Shown here piece after piece: positions 13,362-23,854 of a stretch of DNA of 64,000 bases. This stretch comes from a virus. A program made the translations under genes and the position numbers. Below the pieces are notes generated by a model. It was not told the DNA's origin. It saw only the letters and a program-made list of their open reading frames with translations, and did not search any database. The stretch lies in the IMG/VR virus record IMGVR_UViG_3300046534_001374, positions 32,001-96,000 of that record; one strand, 5' to 3'. How positions within the stretch are numbered: the stretch's first letter is position 1; the number at the start of each line of letters is the position of its first letter.

Positions 13362-14701
13362 TACAGCGCAAAGTCGAAAACGTTAGGCGCTCCTTTTCCG
13401 TTATTCTCAATAATAACGTAACCCTGCTGAGAAGTCCAACCACCATTTTCAGAATAATCATTACCACCGAACAGCGAAGGTAGAATCATCTTCCTGAGGC
13501 GGTTGGTGATGTTATCATCAATCTTCAAAGTTTCGATATTCTTGGGCTTCTGGGAGGCGAATTTAGCCAAAGAGTGTAGATGCCCTTGTAGGTTTAGGTT
13601 GTAAAGTTTCGGGTTACCCCACTGATATGCAAGATGTTCTGAGGACAGTTTAGAAATTCTTTGATCTCCGTGGGTCAGGATATAGTTGATACCGTCAATT
13701 TCCTTTGAAAGGATTAGTGCATTGTATTCTACCTTATATTTTAAAAACTCAAGACCCCAAACAATTAGTTTGGTCATTTCGCCCTCAGTCCCTGCACTCT
13801 TGTCGGCCAGCAATCTATCATGATTACCTGAAATCATATTGATCTCCTTTAGGTTGTTAATTCGAGATAGAAGGTAATGGTGTAAGACATCGACGCTGAT
13901 TTTAATAGCATCGACTGCACTACTAATACCGTTCTCGATAGTTTTCCACTGTCCGGCGTGCATTAATTCCGCCCCAGTTTCAACCATATCACCCAAAAAG
14001 TTTACATGGACTTCTTTGTAATCCATAGAATTAATTTGATCTGACATCTCCACGAAAAAATCTTTTATGTTTTGTAAACAATAGTCTGGGGTTTGTTGTA
14101 AACCTTTAACGAACGCACCCAGATGAATATCCGCGATATTCAAAACACCAACCTTAGTATTCTTAGTCTTTACTTTTTTACTTTTAAGTTCACTCTTGGT
14201 TGTTTTAAGTTCGTTCTCAACTAGACTTCTCGCCAGTTGTAGATTTTTAGATTCTTCCTCCGACGAAACACCAACAGCCACTCCAGAAGGTATCCGTAGA
14301 GTCATGCCATTTTCCTTAATATATGAACCTCCTGCTGCTGTAGGGGAAATCCCTAATTCTTTACAAGCTTCTTTAAACTTCTTCATAGATCCACTTGAAG
14401 GTTCTACCACTATCAGTTCTTCTAGTTCTTCTAGTTCTTCTAGTTCTTCTAGTTCTAGAAGATGGATCTTCCCGTCATCGACCGTTACACCATTGACCCT
14501 ATACAAACCCTCGTTGAAAAAACGAACTGCTTTGCTTACAAGCTTTCCGCTGAAATCCGTTCCGAATTTGTCGTTATAATGATCCGCCGCATCTTTATAT
14601 GATGAGAAGGTAAAGTTGTCCGCTGCTAGGATAAGTTCCAAAATGTGGTGAACTTTGGTTCCTTTAGTGGTATCGGTAGTGGTTTTTGGTTTAGTTGCCA
14701 T
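13361..14701 (-). CDS. calcineurin-like metallophosphoesterase
   Basis: DIHLG, GD, GNHD, HGD, GHLH motifs. Confidence 0.85.
   Translation of the reverse strand: MATKPKTTTDTTKGTKVHHILELILAADNFTFSSYKDAADHYNDKFGTDFSGKLVSKAVRFFNEGLYRVNGVTVDDGKIHLLELEELEELEELEELIVVEPSSGSMKKFKEACKELGISPTAAGGSYIKENGMTLRIPSGVAVGVSSEEESKNLQLARSLVENELKTTKSELKSKKVKTKNTKVGVLNIADIHLGAFVKGLQQTPDYCLQNIKDFFVEMSDQINSMDYKEVHVNFLGDMVETGAELMHAGQWKTIENGISSAVDAIKISVDVLHHYLLSRINNLKEINMISGNHDRLLADKSAGTEGEMTKLIVWGLEFLKYKVEYNALILSKEIDGINYILTHGDQRISKLSSEHLAYQWGNPKLYNLNLQGHLHSLAKFASQKPKNIETLKIDDNITNRLRKMILPSLFGGNDYSENGGWTSQQGYVIIENNGKGAPNVFDFAL
14415..14456. repeat. 9-bp tandem repeat (about 4.7 copies), encodes (LEE)n
   Basis: agttcttct x4 plus agttct. 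Confidence 0.9.
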
Positions 14702-14779
14702 GTTTAATTTAAGTTAAAGTATACTTGTTAAGTTTTCAAGTTTTATTGTTTCTTTTATACGCCAACTATAATTAGAACT

Positions 14780-15232
14780 ATGAGTTCTAAGTTTGATGAT
14801 ATACACCAACACGCGATGAATCGCTATGCATTTGGCGGAGTTCAAGTTCGTGATTATGTGAAAATTAAAGATACTAATATTGACGGTCTCTCTGATGAGA
14901 TCAAAGCTGAGTTAAAAAAGGTTCAGTCTGATGATCTTAATATTAAGGTATTGGAAGTGGTCAAGTCAACACCGGAAGATGGAAAAAATACACAAGATGT
15001 TTTCGCCGCTGTTATCGGTCAAGAAATTGCGGGTGGTTTGTTTCCCACAAAATTTACGGTCCCTGTTAATAAGCTTGAGGTTGTTGGTTTTAATGTGCCT
15101 GAGAGTATCCCCGATAGCTGGAAGGCTGAAATGAAGGTAGACTTCGACGGAAAGCCCGAGAAAGCACCTGAAGTCGGAGGAGAGCAAGTGGTGAAAGGTA
15201 ATGAACCCACTCCCGAGATCAAACAACTCTAA
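14780..15232 (+). CDS. late hypothetical (virion?) protein
   Basis: TATAATTA-N5-ATG. Confidence 0.75.
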   Translation: MSSKFDDIHQHAMNRYAFGGVQVRDYVKIKDTNIDGLSDEIKAELKKVQSDDLNIKVLEVVKSTPEDGKNTQDVFAAVIGQEIAGGLFPTKFTVPVNKLEVVGFNVPESIPDSWKAEMKVDFDGKPEKAPEVGGEQVVKGNEPTPEIKQL

Positions 15233-15247
15233 TTTTTAGTAAGTCAA

Positions 15248-15284
15248 AAAAACCCTCTTTTAGTAAGTCTAAAAGAGGGTTTTT
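15248..15284. terminator. bidirectional terminator
   Basis: aaaaaccctcttttag-taagt-ctaaaagagggttttt between convergent genes. Confidence 0.85.
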
Positions 15285-15287
15285 GTT

Positions 15288-16400
15288 TTACGAAATACGA
15301 GAATTTACGTCATCAATTTCTCCTGATTTTACGGGTAGGTCCAAATGCTCTTTTGAGATATCATAACCACCATATGGATCAATTCCATCTTTCTGAAGAT
15401 TCTTCAGATACTCCCCGTATTCAACAACTGCATTTTGTCTCTTGTAAGTTGGCATAACAATAACTCGGCCATCTACTAAATTATATTGGATATATTTGTG
15501 AGATGCGGAGAACACTGCTTTAGCTGCTGCTAACTGAACCCAGTCATCCCACAATCTTTGTGATACTTCACTTTTCGTTGATTTTTCAATAGCCTTAAGG
15601 AAGTCTATATAACCCCCGATTATCTTTTTGCCCGAAGCTGTCAGATTGTCAGTCTTCTCACCATCCTTCTTAGAAAACGACGCAGACTTGAAACTAGAAC
15701 CATCTGGTTTGGATAGTATAATCGGAACCCCATAAACATCAGTATTGATATTGTCGATACATCCTAGTTTACCTGTTAGAAGCTGAACAGCAAAACCAGC
15801 CTTCACGGTGGACATACCCCTAACTGCGTAAACGATGTATTTATATAGTTCGTAGGAATCTTTATACAGGCCAGTCTCAAAGATTTGTTTGTAAAGTTCT
15901 TCCCTCTGTTCCCATAAAGCTATCAAGTTTTTGCTAGCCCCTCGGAACATCCACTGTTTAATAGATCTTTTTTTACCATCAATACCTACCAAATTGTCAA
16001 TCCTCAAAGGCTTTCCGTTGGTTTCCTTAATATAAGCCGCATATACGGGGTAAAGGTTTCTGAAGTCAACCCAAGACGACCCAACAGTTCCAGCAACAAG
16101 ACCCAGCACGAAAAACATATTGTCGGGGGATGACATCGCAAATTTGTTAATTTCTGGATTGTGCTTACAGAAAGAACTGGGTGTATCAATGATATCGCTT
16201 TGATTGATTATAATCGTGTTGTCTTCGTTCTGTTCCCCCTTTATCTTACTCGGAATCATAACAGAAACACCGTCAATTTTAGTTAACTCATACGAACCCT
16301 TTGCTTTATCGGGATCAAAGTTCTCCACCACTAGCCTAAATTCTTCCAGTTCGTCCACTGTTGAACCTAGACTTTCCATTAAAGTTGAAAACTTTCCCAT
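15288..16400 (-). CDS. HhH-GPD DNA glycosylase-like protein
   Basis: VRGMSTVKAGFAVQL..GCIDNIN resembles the HhH motif plus catalytic Asp; TAATTA-N5-ATG. Confidence 0.6.
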   Translation of the reverse strand: MGKFSTLMESLGSTVDELEEFRLVVENFDPDKAKGSYELTKIDGVSVMIPSKIKGEQNEDNTIIINQSDIIDTPSSFCKHNPEINKFAMSSPDNMFFVLGLVAGTVGSSWVDFRNLYPVYAAYIKETNGKPLRIDNLVGIDGKKRSIKQWMFRGASKNLIALWEQREELYKQIFETGLYKDSYELYKYIVYAVRGMSTVKAGFAVQLLTGKLGCIDNINTDVYGVPIILSKPDGSSFKSASFSKKDGEKTDNLTASGKKIIGGYIDFLKAIEKSTKSEVSQRLWDDWVQLAAAKAVFSASHKYIQYNLVDGRVIVMPTYKRQNAVVEYGEYLKNLQKDGIDPYGGYDISKEHLDLPVKSGEIDDVNSRIS

Positions 16401-16404
16401 GTAT

Positions 16405-17124
16405 CTAATTATACTTTAGGTATTCGAATCCTTGTCTTAAGAAGGTAAAATAGTCTTCTATGGTATCGTTTTCCCCATACCAACCAATAGCATAAGGGTG
16501 TTGAACTTCGACTAGTGCCAATTCACCTGTATCCAAAATACCCATATCAACAGCACCACAAAAATCTTTAGGGATATCCATATGCGCTATACTCGGACCG
16601 TGGGGGTTTTTCTCGCAAGTTTCATCAGATCCTTTATACCACCACGAACAAATCACTTTTCCGTTGGCGACAAAATATCTCCACTCATCAACAAAGTTGA
16701 CAACTTCAGATATATCGAAAGGTGGTTGTGTTGTCTCTACACAAAACCCCGTTTTAGATAAAACACCTTCGAATCTTTTGTATTTATCCGAAGGTTTTAC
16801 GAACATATCAATTACATTATCTAAGTGATCCGTATAATCGGAAAATTTACTATTGACAATTATGTCTCGTCTCCAGAAATTTTTCGACCACTCTGGATAA
16901 TAATCTGGTTTTCGATGACCGATATAATTTTCAAGAAATTCCACAGAACCTAAAACAAAAAGAGGATCTGTGTTGATTTCGGAAATACAGTCAACAGTTT
17001 TAATTTCAAATTGTTTACCAATACCCCCACAAGTTCCTCGCCTCTCTTCCATTTTAGTCGCATGACCTTGCATAGCACCTAATGACCTACACTCAAAACC
17101 TTTTTGTCTATAAACCGTGTTCAT
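16405..17124 (-). CDS. ATP-grasp (DUF4343/R2K-like) protein
   Basis: FVKP..KRFEG, SEVVNFVDEWRYFV, AVDMG..LVEVQ. Confidence 0.75.
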   Translation of the reverse strand: MNTVYRQKGFECRSLGAMQGHATKMEERRGTCGGIGKQFEIKTVDCISEINTDPLFVLGSVEFLENYIGHRKPDYYPEWSKNFWRRDIIVNSKFSDYTDHLDNVIDMFVKPSDKYKRFEGVLSKTGFCVETTQPPFDISEVVNFVDEWRYFVANGKVICSWWYKGSDETCEKNPHGPSIAHMDIPKDFCGAVDMGILDTGELALVEVQHPYAIGWYGENDTIEDYFTFLRQGFEYLKYN

Positions 17125-17125
17125 A

Positions 17126-18046
17126 TTAACCTTTCTGTAATTCTGATAATTCAAGAACCAAGCAGTAGAAGTTCAATTCTGGATCTGCATGTTCCTTATC
17201 TTGGACCAAATATTTATTCATCAACATCAGAACTGGTCTAGACGAAGAAGGTTCGAAGTTATCCAATGCGTATCGCATCATATCAACCATCAAATCTGAA
17301 AAGGTTCCATATTGTGCGGCTTGATTCAAATAGAATTCTCGGATCTTTTCTGGTTCATATCTCGAAATCAAACCCCAAATCAAAGTAACAAACTTGTTCT
17401 GCTTTTGTTTGGAAACCTTCAAAGTTCCTTCAATCGAAGAAGCTCTCAAAGCCACAACCGCAGTTCTGAAATCAGGAAAAGCTGGTTTGGTGATCTTCTC
17501 AAGCTCTTTGTCTTCGTAGGCTACCTTTTCTTTGTCTAAAATGACAGCACAGTGAGCTTTGAAGTCTTCATAGCTACAGTGAAGGTCAATCCTTTGACAA
17601 CGGCTCACAATAGGCTCTACGATCTTAGATAGATGATTAGAGGTAAAAATGAAACGAGTAGTTTCGGAGTAATCTTCGATGATCTCTTTAAGAGAATTCT
17701 GCGCTTGCGGCGACATACCGTCAGCCTCGCCAAAAATAACCACCTTGAGTTTATCGTCAAAGGTAGCGGAAGAAGCAAAGGATTTGACCTTTGTTCTGAT
17801 AACATCAACACCACCTTCATCGGCAGCATTAATATTTAGATATTCACAATCAAGGACATCATTTACTAAAATCTTAGCGAGCGAACTTTTACCCAATCCC
17901 GCAGAACCCACTAAAAGTAGATGTGGGATAGATTCTTTTTTGACAAAGTCGTCAATTTGCTTTCTAACTTCTGGTGCTATAACCAATTCATCTAGTGTTT
18001 GTGGTCGGTATTTTTCGCCCCAAAGTAAGTCTAATATTTCACTCAT
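17126..18046 (-). CDS. gp44: clamp loader subunit (gp44/RFC small)
   Basis: WGEKYRP, GSAGLGKS, SRC, FPDFR. Confidence 0.95.
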   Translation of the reverse strand: MSEILDLLWGEKYRPQTLDELVIAPEVRKQIDDFVKKESIPHLLLVGSAGLGKSSLAKILVNDVLDCEYLNINAADEGGVDVIRTKVKSFASSATFDDKLKVVIFGEADGMSPQAQNSLKEIIEDYSETTRFIFTSNHLSKIVEPIVSRCQRIDLHCSYEDFKAHCAVILDKEKVAYEDKELEKITKPAFPDFRTAVVALRASSIEGTLKVSKQKQNKFVTLIWGLISRYEPEKIREFYLNQAAQYGTFSDLMVDMMRYALDNFEPSSSRPVLMLMNKYLVQDKEHADPELNFYCLVLELSELQKG

Positions 18047-18049
18047 AAT

Positions 18050-18274
18050 TTATTTTTTGATAACCTTAATCCCGCTTACGGTAGATCTAAGTTCGTCCAT
18101 TTGTTTCTCCAATGCAATAACAGACTTCTCCAAACCGTCGAGTTTTTTCTGTTGCGCTACCACAATCTCAATTGAATTGCTCATGAAAACGTTGTTTTGC
18201 CAGTTGCCCACCTTCAATTTTCGGCAAAGCTCTCCATAAGATCTTATGACGGTATTTTTAATTGTTTCTTTCAT
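18050..18274 (-). CDS. hypothetical coiled-coil protein
   Basis: ORF with upstream sigma70-like promoter. Confidence 0.55.
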   Translation of the reverse strand: MKETIKNTVIRSYGELCRKLKVGNWQNNVFMSNSIEIVVAQQKKLDGLEKSVIALEKQMDELRSTVSGIKVIKK

Positions 18275-18340
18275 TTAGACTTACCATACACCCAAGTTGT
18301 TTCTTTTCAATAGTTAAAAGAAAGTTTCCTAAATACTGGT

Positions 18341-19249
18341 ATGGACAAATACAAAGACTTACTTTATACTTTGCGCTGGTTTGGTAATTTTGCATGGGAT
18401 CAAAAAAAATCACAAAATCAAGCAATCGACCAAGTCAGTAAAGCTTTATCATTGACTAATGACGAGGGTGATATTTCGGCACTTTATACATTGAGGTGGT
18501 ATTTTACCAATAGGTGGGGGTTTACTGATGATAGCCAAGAAGATGTGGTTGGTATTATAACCGAATTGTTGGAAGATACACCTACTCATATCGACCACGA
18601 TAGAATTCCTAATAAAGATGCTTTAGTTGGTAGTGACGAAGAAGAGTTAAAAATATACAAACCAGTTATCAAGAAGGCTGAAATTGCTTCTGGAATTAAA
18701 GTCGGTTTAGCTATTGGCCATAATCAATTTACTGGAGCGAGATCTTACAAAGGTGATGATGAATGGACTACCCGTAAAGCCGTCACGCTACATGCGGTGG
18801 AGATTTTAGCTGAATATGGTGTAGAGTCAAAGATTTTTATTAGGGATCGTTCTAAAGGATATACTACTGCAATGAAACAGCATGGGGCTGATATGAGAAT
18901 GTTTGGTTCTCAAGTTAATTTAGAAATGCATTTCAATTCAGCGGGTCCAACTGCAACAGGAACTGAAATTATTTGTGTTTCAGAAAAGAGTGGTAAATAT
19001 TTTAGACCGCTATGTAAACACTTTGCCGATTATTATGATATGCCGATTAGGGGTGATCATGGAGCACAAGTTAAATCTTCAGGTAGGGGTATTGCATTCG
19101 CTAAATATACACCGAATAGAAGTGGTGTATGGGAAGGGCAGTTCGCGTCTAGTAAGCAGGATTGGGATAAGGTGGACGATAAACCCAAAGAAGAAGGTGA
19201 AACTTTTGCTTATGGATTATTGGAATGTTTGGAACAAGATTATAGATAG
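18341..19249 (+). CDS. N-acetylmuramoyl-L-alanine amidase (Amidase_3), endolysin
   Basis: IGHN..E..LEMHFNS..GTE..E; N-terminal LYTLRW repeat; TAAATA-N5-ATG. Confidence 0.8.
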   Translation: MDKYKDLLYTLRWFGNFAWDQKKSQNQAIDQVSKALSLTNDEGDISALYTLRWYFTNRWGFTDDSQEDVVGIITELLEDTPTHIDHDRIPNKDALVGSDEEELKIYKPVIKKAEIASGIKVGLAIGHNQFTGARSYKGDDEWTTRKAVTLHAVEILAEYGVESKIFIRDRSKGYTTAMKQHGADMRMFGSQVNLEMHFNSAGPTATGTEIICVSEKSGKYFRPLCKHFADYYDMPIRGDHGAQVKSSGRGIAFAKYTPNRSGVWEGQFASSKQDWDKVDDKPKEEGETFAYGLLECLEQDYR

Positions 19250-19462
19250 ATTGTTACCAATTTCTTATTAACTCGCCGTTCCTTCTATTTTTGTTTCGAT
19301 TAGATCCACCACTACCTTTACTGCGGATCTTTCCATTATCTTTTTTGGGTGATGGTGGAGTTTCACATTTGATTCGTCTTTTCCTCCAACTCCCCCACAT
19401 GTTTTCCGAGCAAGAACCTTCAGGGTTGTAATTATTATTTGGATTTGATTTCCTCATTATTT

Positions 19463-21139
19463 TTAGTCGGCACAACTTTCGCAAGTATCCCAAGCTGCGC
19501 CATTCTTTTCGATGGCAGCATGTCCTTGCGGATAATAGTAATACAAGGTCTTGACATTAATAGACCAAGCATACTTGTGGATTTCGTAGATATCTTTCAT
19601 TGTATAGTTTGGTCTATTGCAAAGGTTGATACTCTGAGCCATGTCAATATGAACTTGAGCATCAGCGGCAAGATCAAGAATATCTTTCGGTGAAACCTCG
19701 TCAAAGGTTCTATAAATACTTTTCTCTTCATCGGTCAAGATATCCAGATGTTGGACAGATCCAAGATTTACAAGAATAGACCCCCAAACTTCTTTTGTGT
19801 TTTCTCCTTTAGATTCCAACAATTTCATCAAATCGGGATTTCTGAAAGTAGTTTGGATACCTGCTAATTCCATAACGTAGTAGTTTGATCTACGAACTTC
19901 TCTACCAGCAGAAGCATCACATAAGAACGCTGTTGACTTATTCGGAGCTACTATACCCAAACTAACGTTGCGTCTCACCAGACCAGCTTCTACACACATT
20001 GCAGGAGAACCCAGTTTCTCACCCATCTCCAAGGTATAATCTTCACCACATTGTCTAATGGTTTTGTAAATTTCCTTGTTGAGGAATCTGGATTGAATAC
20101 CACCGTATGAAGCACCCTTGCTCTGGAAATAGGAATGCAATCCCAAAGTTCCCAAACCAATATCGCGCTTCTCGATAGCAGATCTTCTAGCCTTTTCCAT
20201 GAAAGGAATACCTTCAGTCAATCTGATAAATTCCGAAACGTTGATATCAAGATATGCATAACAATCTTTGATAATTTGTGGATCAGCTTTGATACGATCC
20301 CAGTGCTTCAAGTTCAAAGACGCAATAACACACACGAAAGATTTGTCATCATATTTAGGTGTCAATACTTCTGTGCAAATGTTGGTGCTCTCTACAGAAT
20401 GTCCAAGGTTTTTATAAACAGGAGATTGGTTTTTATTACAGTTGTCAACGTGAAGGAGATATGTTTTACCAGTTTCCAAACGCTCCTTCAAAACACGCAA
20501 GTATCTCTTCTTCAGTTCTTTATCGGTCTTAATCCTTTCATCGAAACCGCTAGGTAGAATCACACCAATGTTATTAGAAACAAGTGGATCTGATTTATCT
20601 GGGTTCTTCTTCGAAGCTCGATCCATCACTTCATTGAATTCTTTATCATCGATAGAAATGAAAGGAACAGAGTATCCCCTTCTAGCACTTCCTTGTGAAA
20701 CTTTCTGAGCAGTTCTTACACCATCTTCAATCCAATCAAGTTTAGAGTTGGTATAGAAGTTATCCTTTTCCAAGAAAGTTCCGCCATCATAAAGATTAGT
20801 GTAGTCAATACCGACACCACCACCAAGCTTGGACATCATAGCAGTTTCACCCAAAGAGTAATAGATACCTTTGATTGAGTTTTCTGGGTTGATGATAAAA
20901 CAAGAAGCTGGTAGGGGAGTTGTCCCCTCTACCTTTCTTCCCAAGTTAGCCCATTGTGGCGTTGAAGGACTTAGTATTTGTTCCTTGATATAGTATTCAA
21001 TTCTTTCCTGCAATCCCTCGTAATAGTCTGATTCATAGTTACCCACTACCCGACCCATTTCGCTAATTCTGTCATCTAGTGACAGTCCTCCTAAATAGTT
21101 CTTTTTATTTAAGAACTCTAATTGTTGTTTTCCGAACAT
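19463..21139 (-). CDS. nrdA: ribonucleotide reductase class I alpha (no ATP cone)
   Basis: SCF, GGGVG, TNICTE, APNKST, KTLYY, C-terminal CESC. Confidence 0.95.
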   Translation of the reverse strand: MFGKQQLEFLNKKNYLGGLSLDDRISEMGRVVGNYESDYYEGLQERIEYYIKEQILSPSTPQWANLGRKVEGTTPLPASCFIINPENSIKGIYYSLGETAMMSKLGGGVGIDYTNLYDGGTFLEKDNFYTNSKLDWIEDGVRTAQKVSQGSARRGYSVPFISIDDKEFNEVMDRASKKNPDKSDPLVSNNIGVILPSGFDERIKTDKELKKRYLRVLKERLETGKTYLLHVDNCNKNQSPVYKNLGHSVESTNICTEVLTPKYDDKSFVCVIASLNLKHWDRIKADPQIIKDCYAYLDINVSEFIRLTEGIPFMEKARRSAIEKRDIGLGTLGLHSYFQSKGASYGGIQSRFLNKEIYKTIRQCGEDYTLEMGEKLGSPAMCVEAGLVRRNVSLGIVAPNKSTAFLCDASAGREVRRSNYYVMELAGIQTTFRNPDLMKLLESKGENTKEVWGSILVNLGSVQHLDILTDEEKSIYRTFDEVSPKDILDLAADAQVHIDMAQSINLCNRPNYTMKDIYEIHKYAWSINVKTLYYYYPQGHAAIEKNGAAWDTCESCAD

Positions 21140-21152
21140 ATGTCTTGTATTT

Positions 21153-22139
21153 TTAAAATTCAAAATTATCAATATCAACTTCCGTATCATCGGAAGAATA
21201 ACCACCAGCGTTATTATCAAAAAAGTCAACTTCCACAGGGGCAAGTATCTTTTCCATCATCCATTGATTCTTCTCCTCATATAATACCTCATCATATTCA
21301 TAATTCAAGTCGAGATCCAAATCTTTTGCAATAACATTGAAATTATAATTCAGGAAATTAATAACCTCTTCTCTTGTGATGTGTTCTGGGACACCATTTT
21401 CAAAAAACCAATCAATTAATTTTAGTTCGGATGTATAAGCTACTTTGATGTTTTTCTCAACAAGATCAACCAAATATTCAGACCATAGTTGTGGATTTTC
21501 CTCTTTGATAATATTAACAACATCAATGCCTAAACTATAGTGGATAATTTCTTCAGTGGCGGTTGATCTCTGTAAAGACGAAATAGTTTTTAATCCTCTA
21601 TTACTTCTGGCATAAGACATCAAAATATAAAATTGGGTAAACAAGCTTGCTCTCTCAACCAAAGCAGTGAACAGAACTAATTTTTTAAGAATCCTCTTCT
21701 TACCGATAATCTTTGGATCTTTCTCCATGTGCTTTTTGAGATAGCTGATTCGGTCTGCCAGTTCTGGATGGTCGTTAACTTCCTTAGGATCGATTTTAAG
21801 CTGTTCCAACAGACTATGATAACTTCTCCGGTGAGTCACTTCACTCTGCCCAAATACCCCGCCTATGTCGCCTATAACCGTTTGTGGAATTTCGTCGTGA
21901 AGACCGCACCAAAAGTTCTTAACTTTATCCTCAACAATAGCAATAGCAAGTATGCAACGCCTAATAGCTTCTTGGTCTGTCTCCCCCAACTCATTGAAAA
22001 AATGAGGGACATCTTGCTCTTTAATCAACTTCTCATATTTAGCAGGAGTCCACCCACCTTTATACATGATGGCGACATACTTGTCTAGGTGTTGGTATTT
22101 CGGGTTTAGGTAAATTTCGTTTTCAAATATATCGGACAT
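21153..22139 (-). CDS. nrdB: ribonucleotide reductase class I beta
   Basis: EVTHRRSY, VE..LFTQF, EEIIH. Confidence 0.9.
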   Translation of the reverse strand: MSDIFENEIYLNPKYQHLDKYVAIMYKGGWTPAKYEKLIKEQDVPHFFNELGETDQEAIRRCILAIAIVEDKVKNFWCGLHDEIPQTVIGDIGGVFGQSEVTHRRSYHSLLEQLKIDPKEVNDHPELADRISYLKKHMEKDPKIIGKKRILKKLVLFTALVERASLFTQFYILMSYARSNRGLKTISSLQRSTATEEIIHYSLGIDVVNIIKEENPQLWSEYLVDLVEKNIKVAYTSELKLIDWFFENGVPEHITREEVINFLNYNFNVIAKDLDLDLNYEYDEVLYEEKNQWMMEKILAPVEVDFFDNNAGGYSSDDTEVDIDNFEF

Positions 22140-22225
22140 AGTAGGTTTAATTATTACCACAATACCGCTACGGATTCAATTTATTTATCTAAAAAAGTTT
22201 TTTTTCTGCGCGGATACCCTAGCAC

Positions 22226-22651
22226 TCAATCTAAGATGATCGAATCTAGGATTTTACCTGAAATTGATTCGCGATCCTTAAAATTATTAATTTGTTTTCT
22301 GGTGAATCTGTCTTCGCTAGAATCCCACATTACGATATAAGTAACCAGTTCATCGAAATCTGGCGTTTTGTAGAATACCTCGAACTCTTCCAGATCCTCA
22401 AAATCAGAGATGCTGTCTTCGTATAAACTAAAAACTTCCACTCCATTGACGAGAACTTCCATATCCTGCCTACCATAGTGGAAATTTTCGGTTATTCGGG
22501 TTACCTCGTTAAGTTGTATAAAAAACCCCAATTCCCCAGCAACCGGATCGTGGTATTTGGAAGATGTTAAATCGGGAAACTGTATGCTGAAATGATCCAT
22601 CAATTTTTGATGGGTGGATTCGCCCAATTCTTTATCAATTTTAAAACTCAT
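22226..22651 (-). CDS. hypothetical protein
   Basis: 141-aa ORF. Confidence 0.65.
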   Translation of the reverse strand: MSFKIDKELGESTHQKLMDHFSIQFPDLTSSKYHDPVAGELGFFIQLNEVTRITENFHYGRQDMEVLVNGVEVFSLYEDSISDFEDLEEFEVFYKTPDFDELVTYIVMWDSSEDRFTRKQINNFKDRESISGKILDSIILD

Positions 22652-22659
22652 ATTATTAT

Positions 22660-23613
22660 TTACTCGAATTTGCCAACGCTTGGAAATCCGCTATTCGGAT
22701 TATTCCTCAATTCCGAATTCTCTTCAAGCCCAAAACCAGATCCATCTTGAACCGTATAGTAGTTATATACGAATTGGATCTGTCTCTGCATGACTCTGTC
22801 GGCTTCATAGTTTAGGTTTTCCTCACTAATGTTGTTAGGAACAGCATCGTAATACTTGAAAACCTTTCTAACAATAGGTCTTTGGTTTGGAAATGTTCCT
22901 GCCAATTCAAATATAGTAATATCCGCTTTCAAAGATCTTTCTCTACTTGTGGCAAACAAACCTCTATGGGACATTAATTTTGCCCAAGGATGTAAGAAGA
23001 AATCCGTATACGAACAATTGGTTTCTTTAACTGTAACTTCCAATGCTTGGTTTTCGTTGGAGCCTTGGGTCACCGGAGCTTTCATGAAACCGTTGCTGGC
23101 TCCATTCATACCACCGAATTGTCCAACGTTAAAACTAAAACCAGCCTCTTGAACACCTAGAGCAAAAATACAACCAATAGTTTCTTGTGCCTCGTCTCTT
23201 TGAAGATATTTGGTTGCTTCCTCGAAATTCCAATCCTGCGAAGATTTAGTGGGTTCGTATTTTCCGATATCTTTAATTTGGCTTAATAGGTATTCCTCAT
23301 TATGAGGCTCGATGAATACCGCCCATTTAGCGGCATGCGGCAATGCATAACAAAAGTTACACAAAGTGGAGTAATAAAACTCCAAAGGTCTGTTGAACAT
23401 ACTAGGCGGGCCACTACCTTTGAAGTCATACTGCATATTTGGATCAAATCCAAAAGAACCGCTACTGTAAGAATCACTACCACGACCTTTAAAGAAAGAT
23501 AAAAAGTTTTCAATGGGTGCATTAATGTTGTTTCTAACAAAACTAGGACCGCGTTCTAACGCTAGATCGGGGAAAGGTATGCGTGATTGAACAAAGTCGG
23601 TATTCCGTGCCAT
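22660..23613 (-). CDS. tail tube initiator / gp54-like protein
   Basis: Tube-fold C-terminus (YYDAVPNNISEENLNYE..QFVYNYY); start re-assigned by TAATTA-N5-ATG. Confidence 0.6.
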   Translation of the reverse strand: MARNTDFVQSRIPFPDLALERGPSFVRNNINAPIENFLSFFKGRGSDSYSSGSFGFDPNMQYDFKGSGPPSMFNRPLEFYYSTLCNFCYALPHAAKWAVFIEPHNEEYLLSQIKDIGKYEPTKSSQDWNFEEATKYLQRDEAQETIGCIFALGVQEAGFSFNVGQFGGMNGASNGFMKAPVTQGSNENQALEVTVKETNCSYTDFFLHPWAKLMSHRGLFATSRERSLKADITIFELAGTFPNQRPIVRKVFKYYDAVPNNISEENLNYEADRVMQRQIQFVYNYYTVQDGSGFGLEENSELRNNPNSGFPSVGKFE

Positions 23614-23618
23614 AATAC

Positions 23619-23624
23619 TAATTA
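23619..23624. promoter_or_regulatory. palindromic bidirectional late promoter TAATTA
   Basis: 5 nt from ATG on both strands (23613 minus, 23630 plus). Confidence 0.6.
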
Positions 23625-23629
23625 TGAGT

Positions 23630-23845
23630 ATGAAGGAGTTTATAAGGAAGCTGGACCCTAGTTGGATACGCGGTCTAATCTCTGTATTGCTATGCCTTAC
23701 GGTTATATTTGGTTTTTTTGTGGGGTTAATTCCTGTTGAATTTATTAAAGATCTAACTATCATGGCTCTATCGTTTTATTTCGGTAGCAAAGTTCCGACA
23801 TACCAAGAACAGAAGTATATGAAAGAAAGTATTAAAAATCCCTAA
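23630..23845 (+). CDS. holin-like membrane protein
   Basis: Two TM segments, SFYFGS, basic C-terminus; alternative ATG at 23624. Confidence 0.6.
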   Translation: MKEFIRKLDPSWIRGLISVLLCLTVIFGFFVGLIPVEFIKDLTIMALSFYFGSKVPTYQEQKYMKESIKNP

Positions 23846-23854
23846 TTATATACT

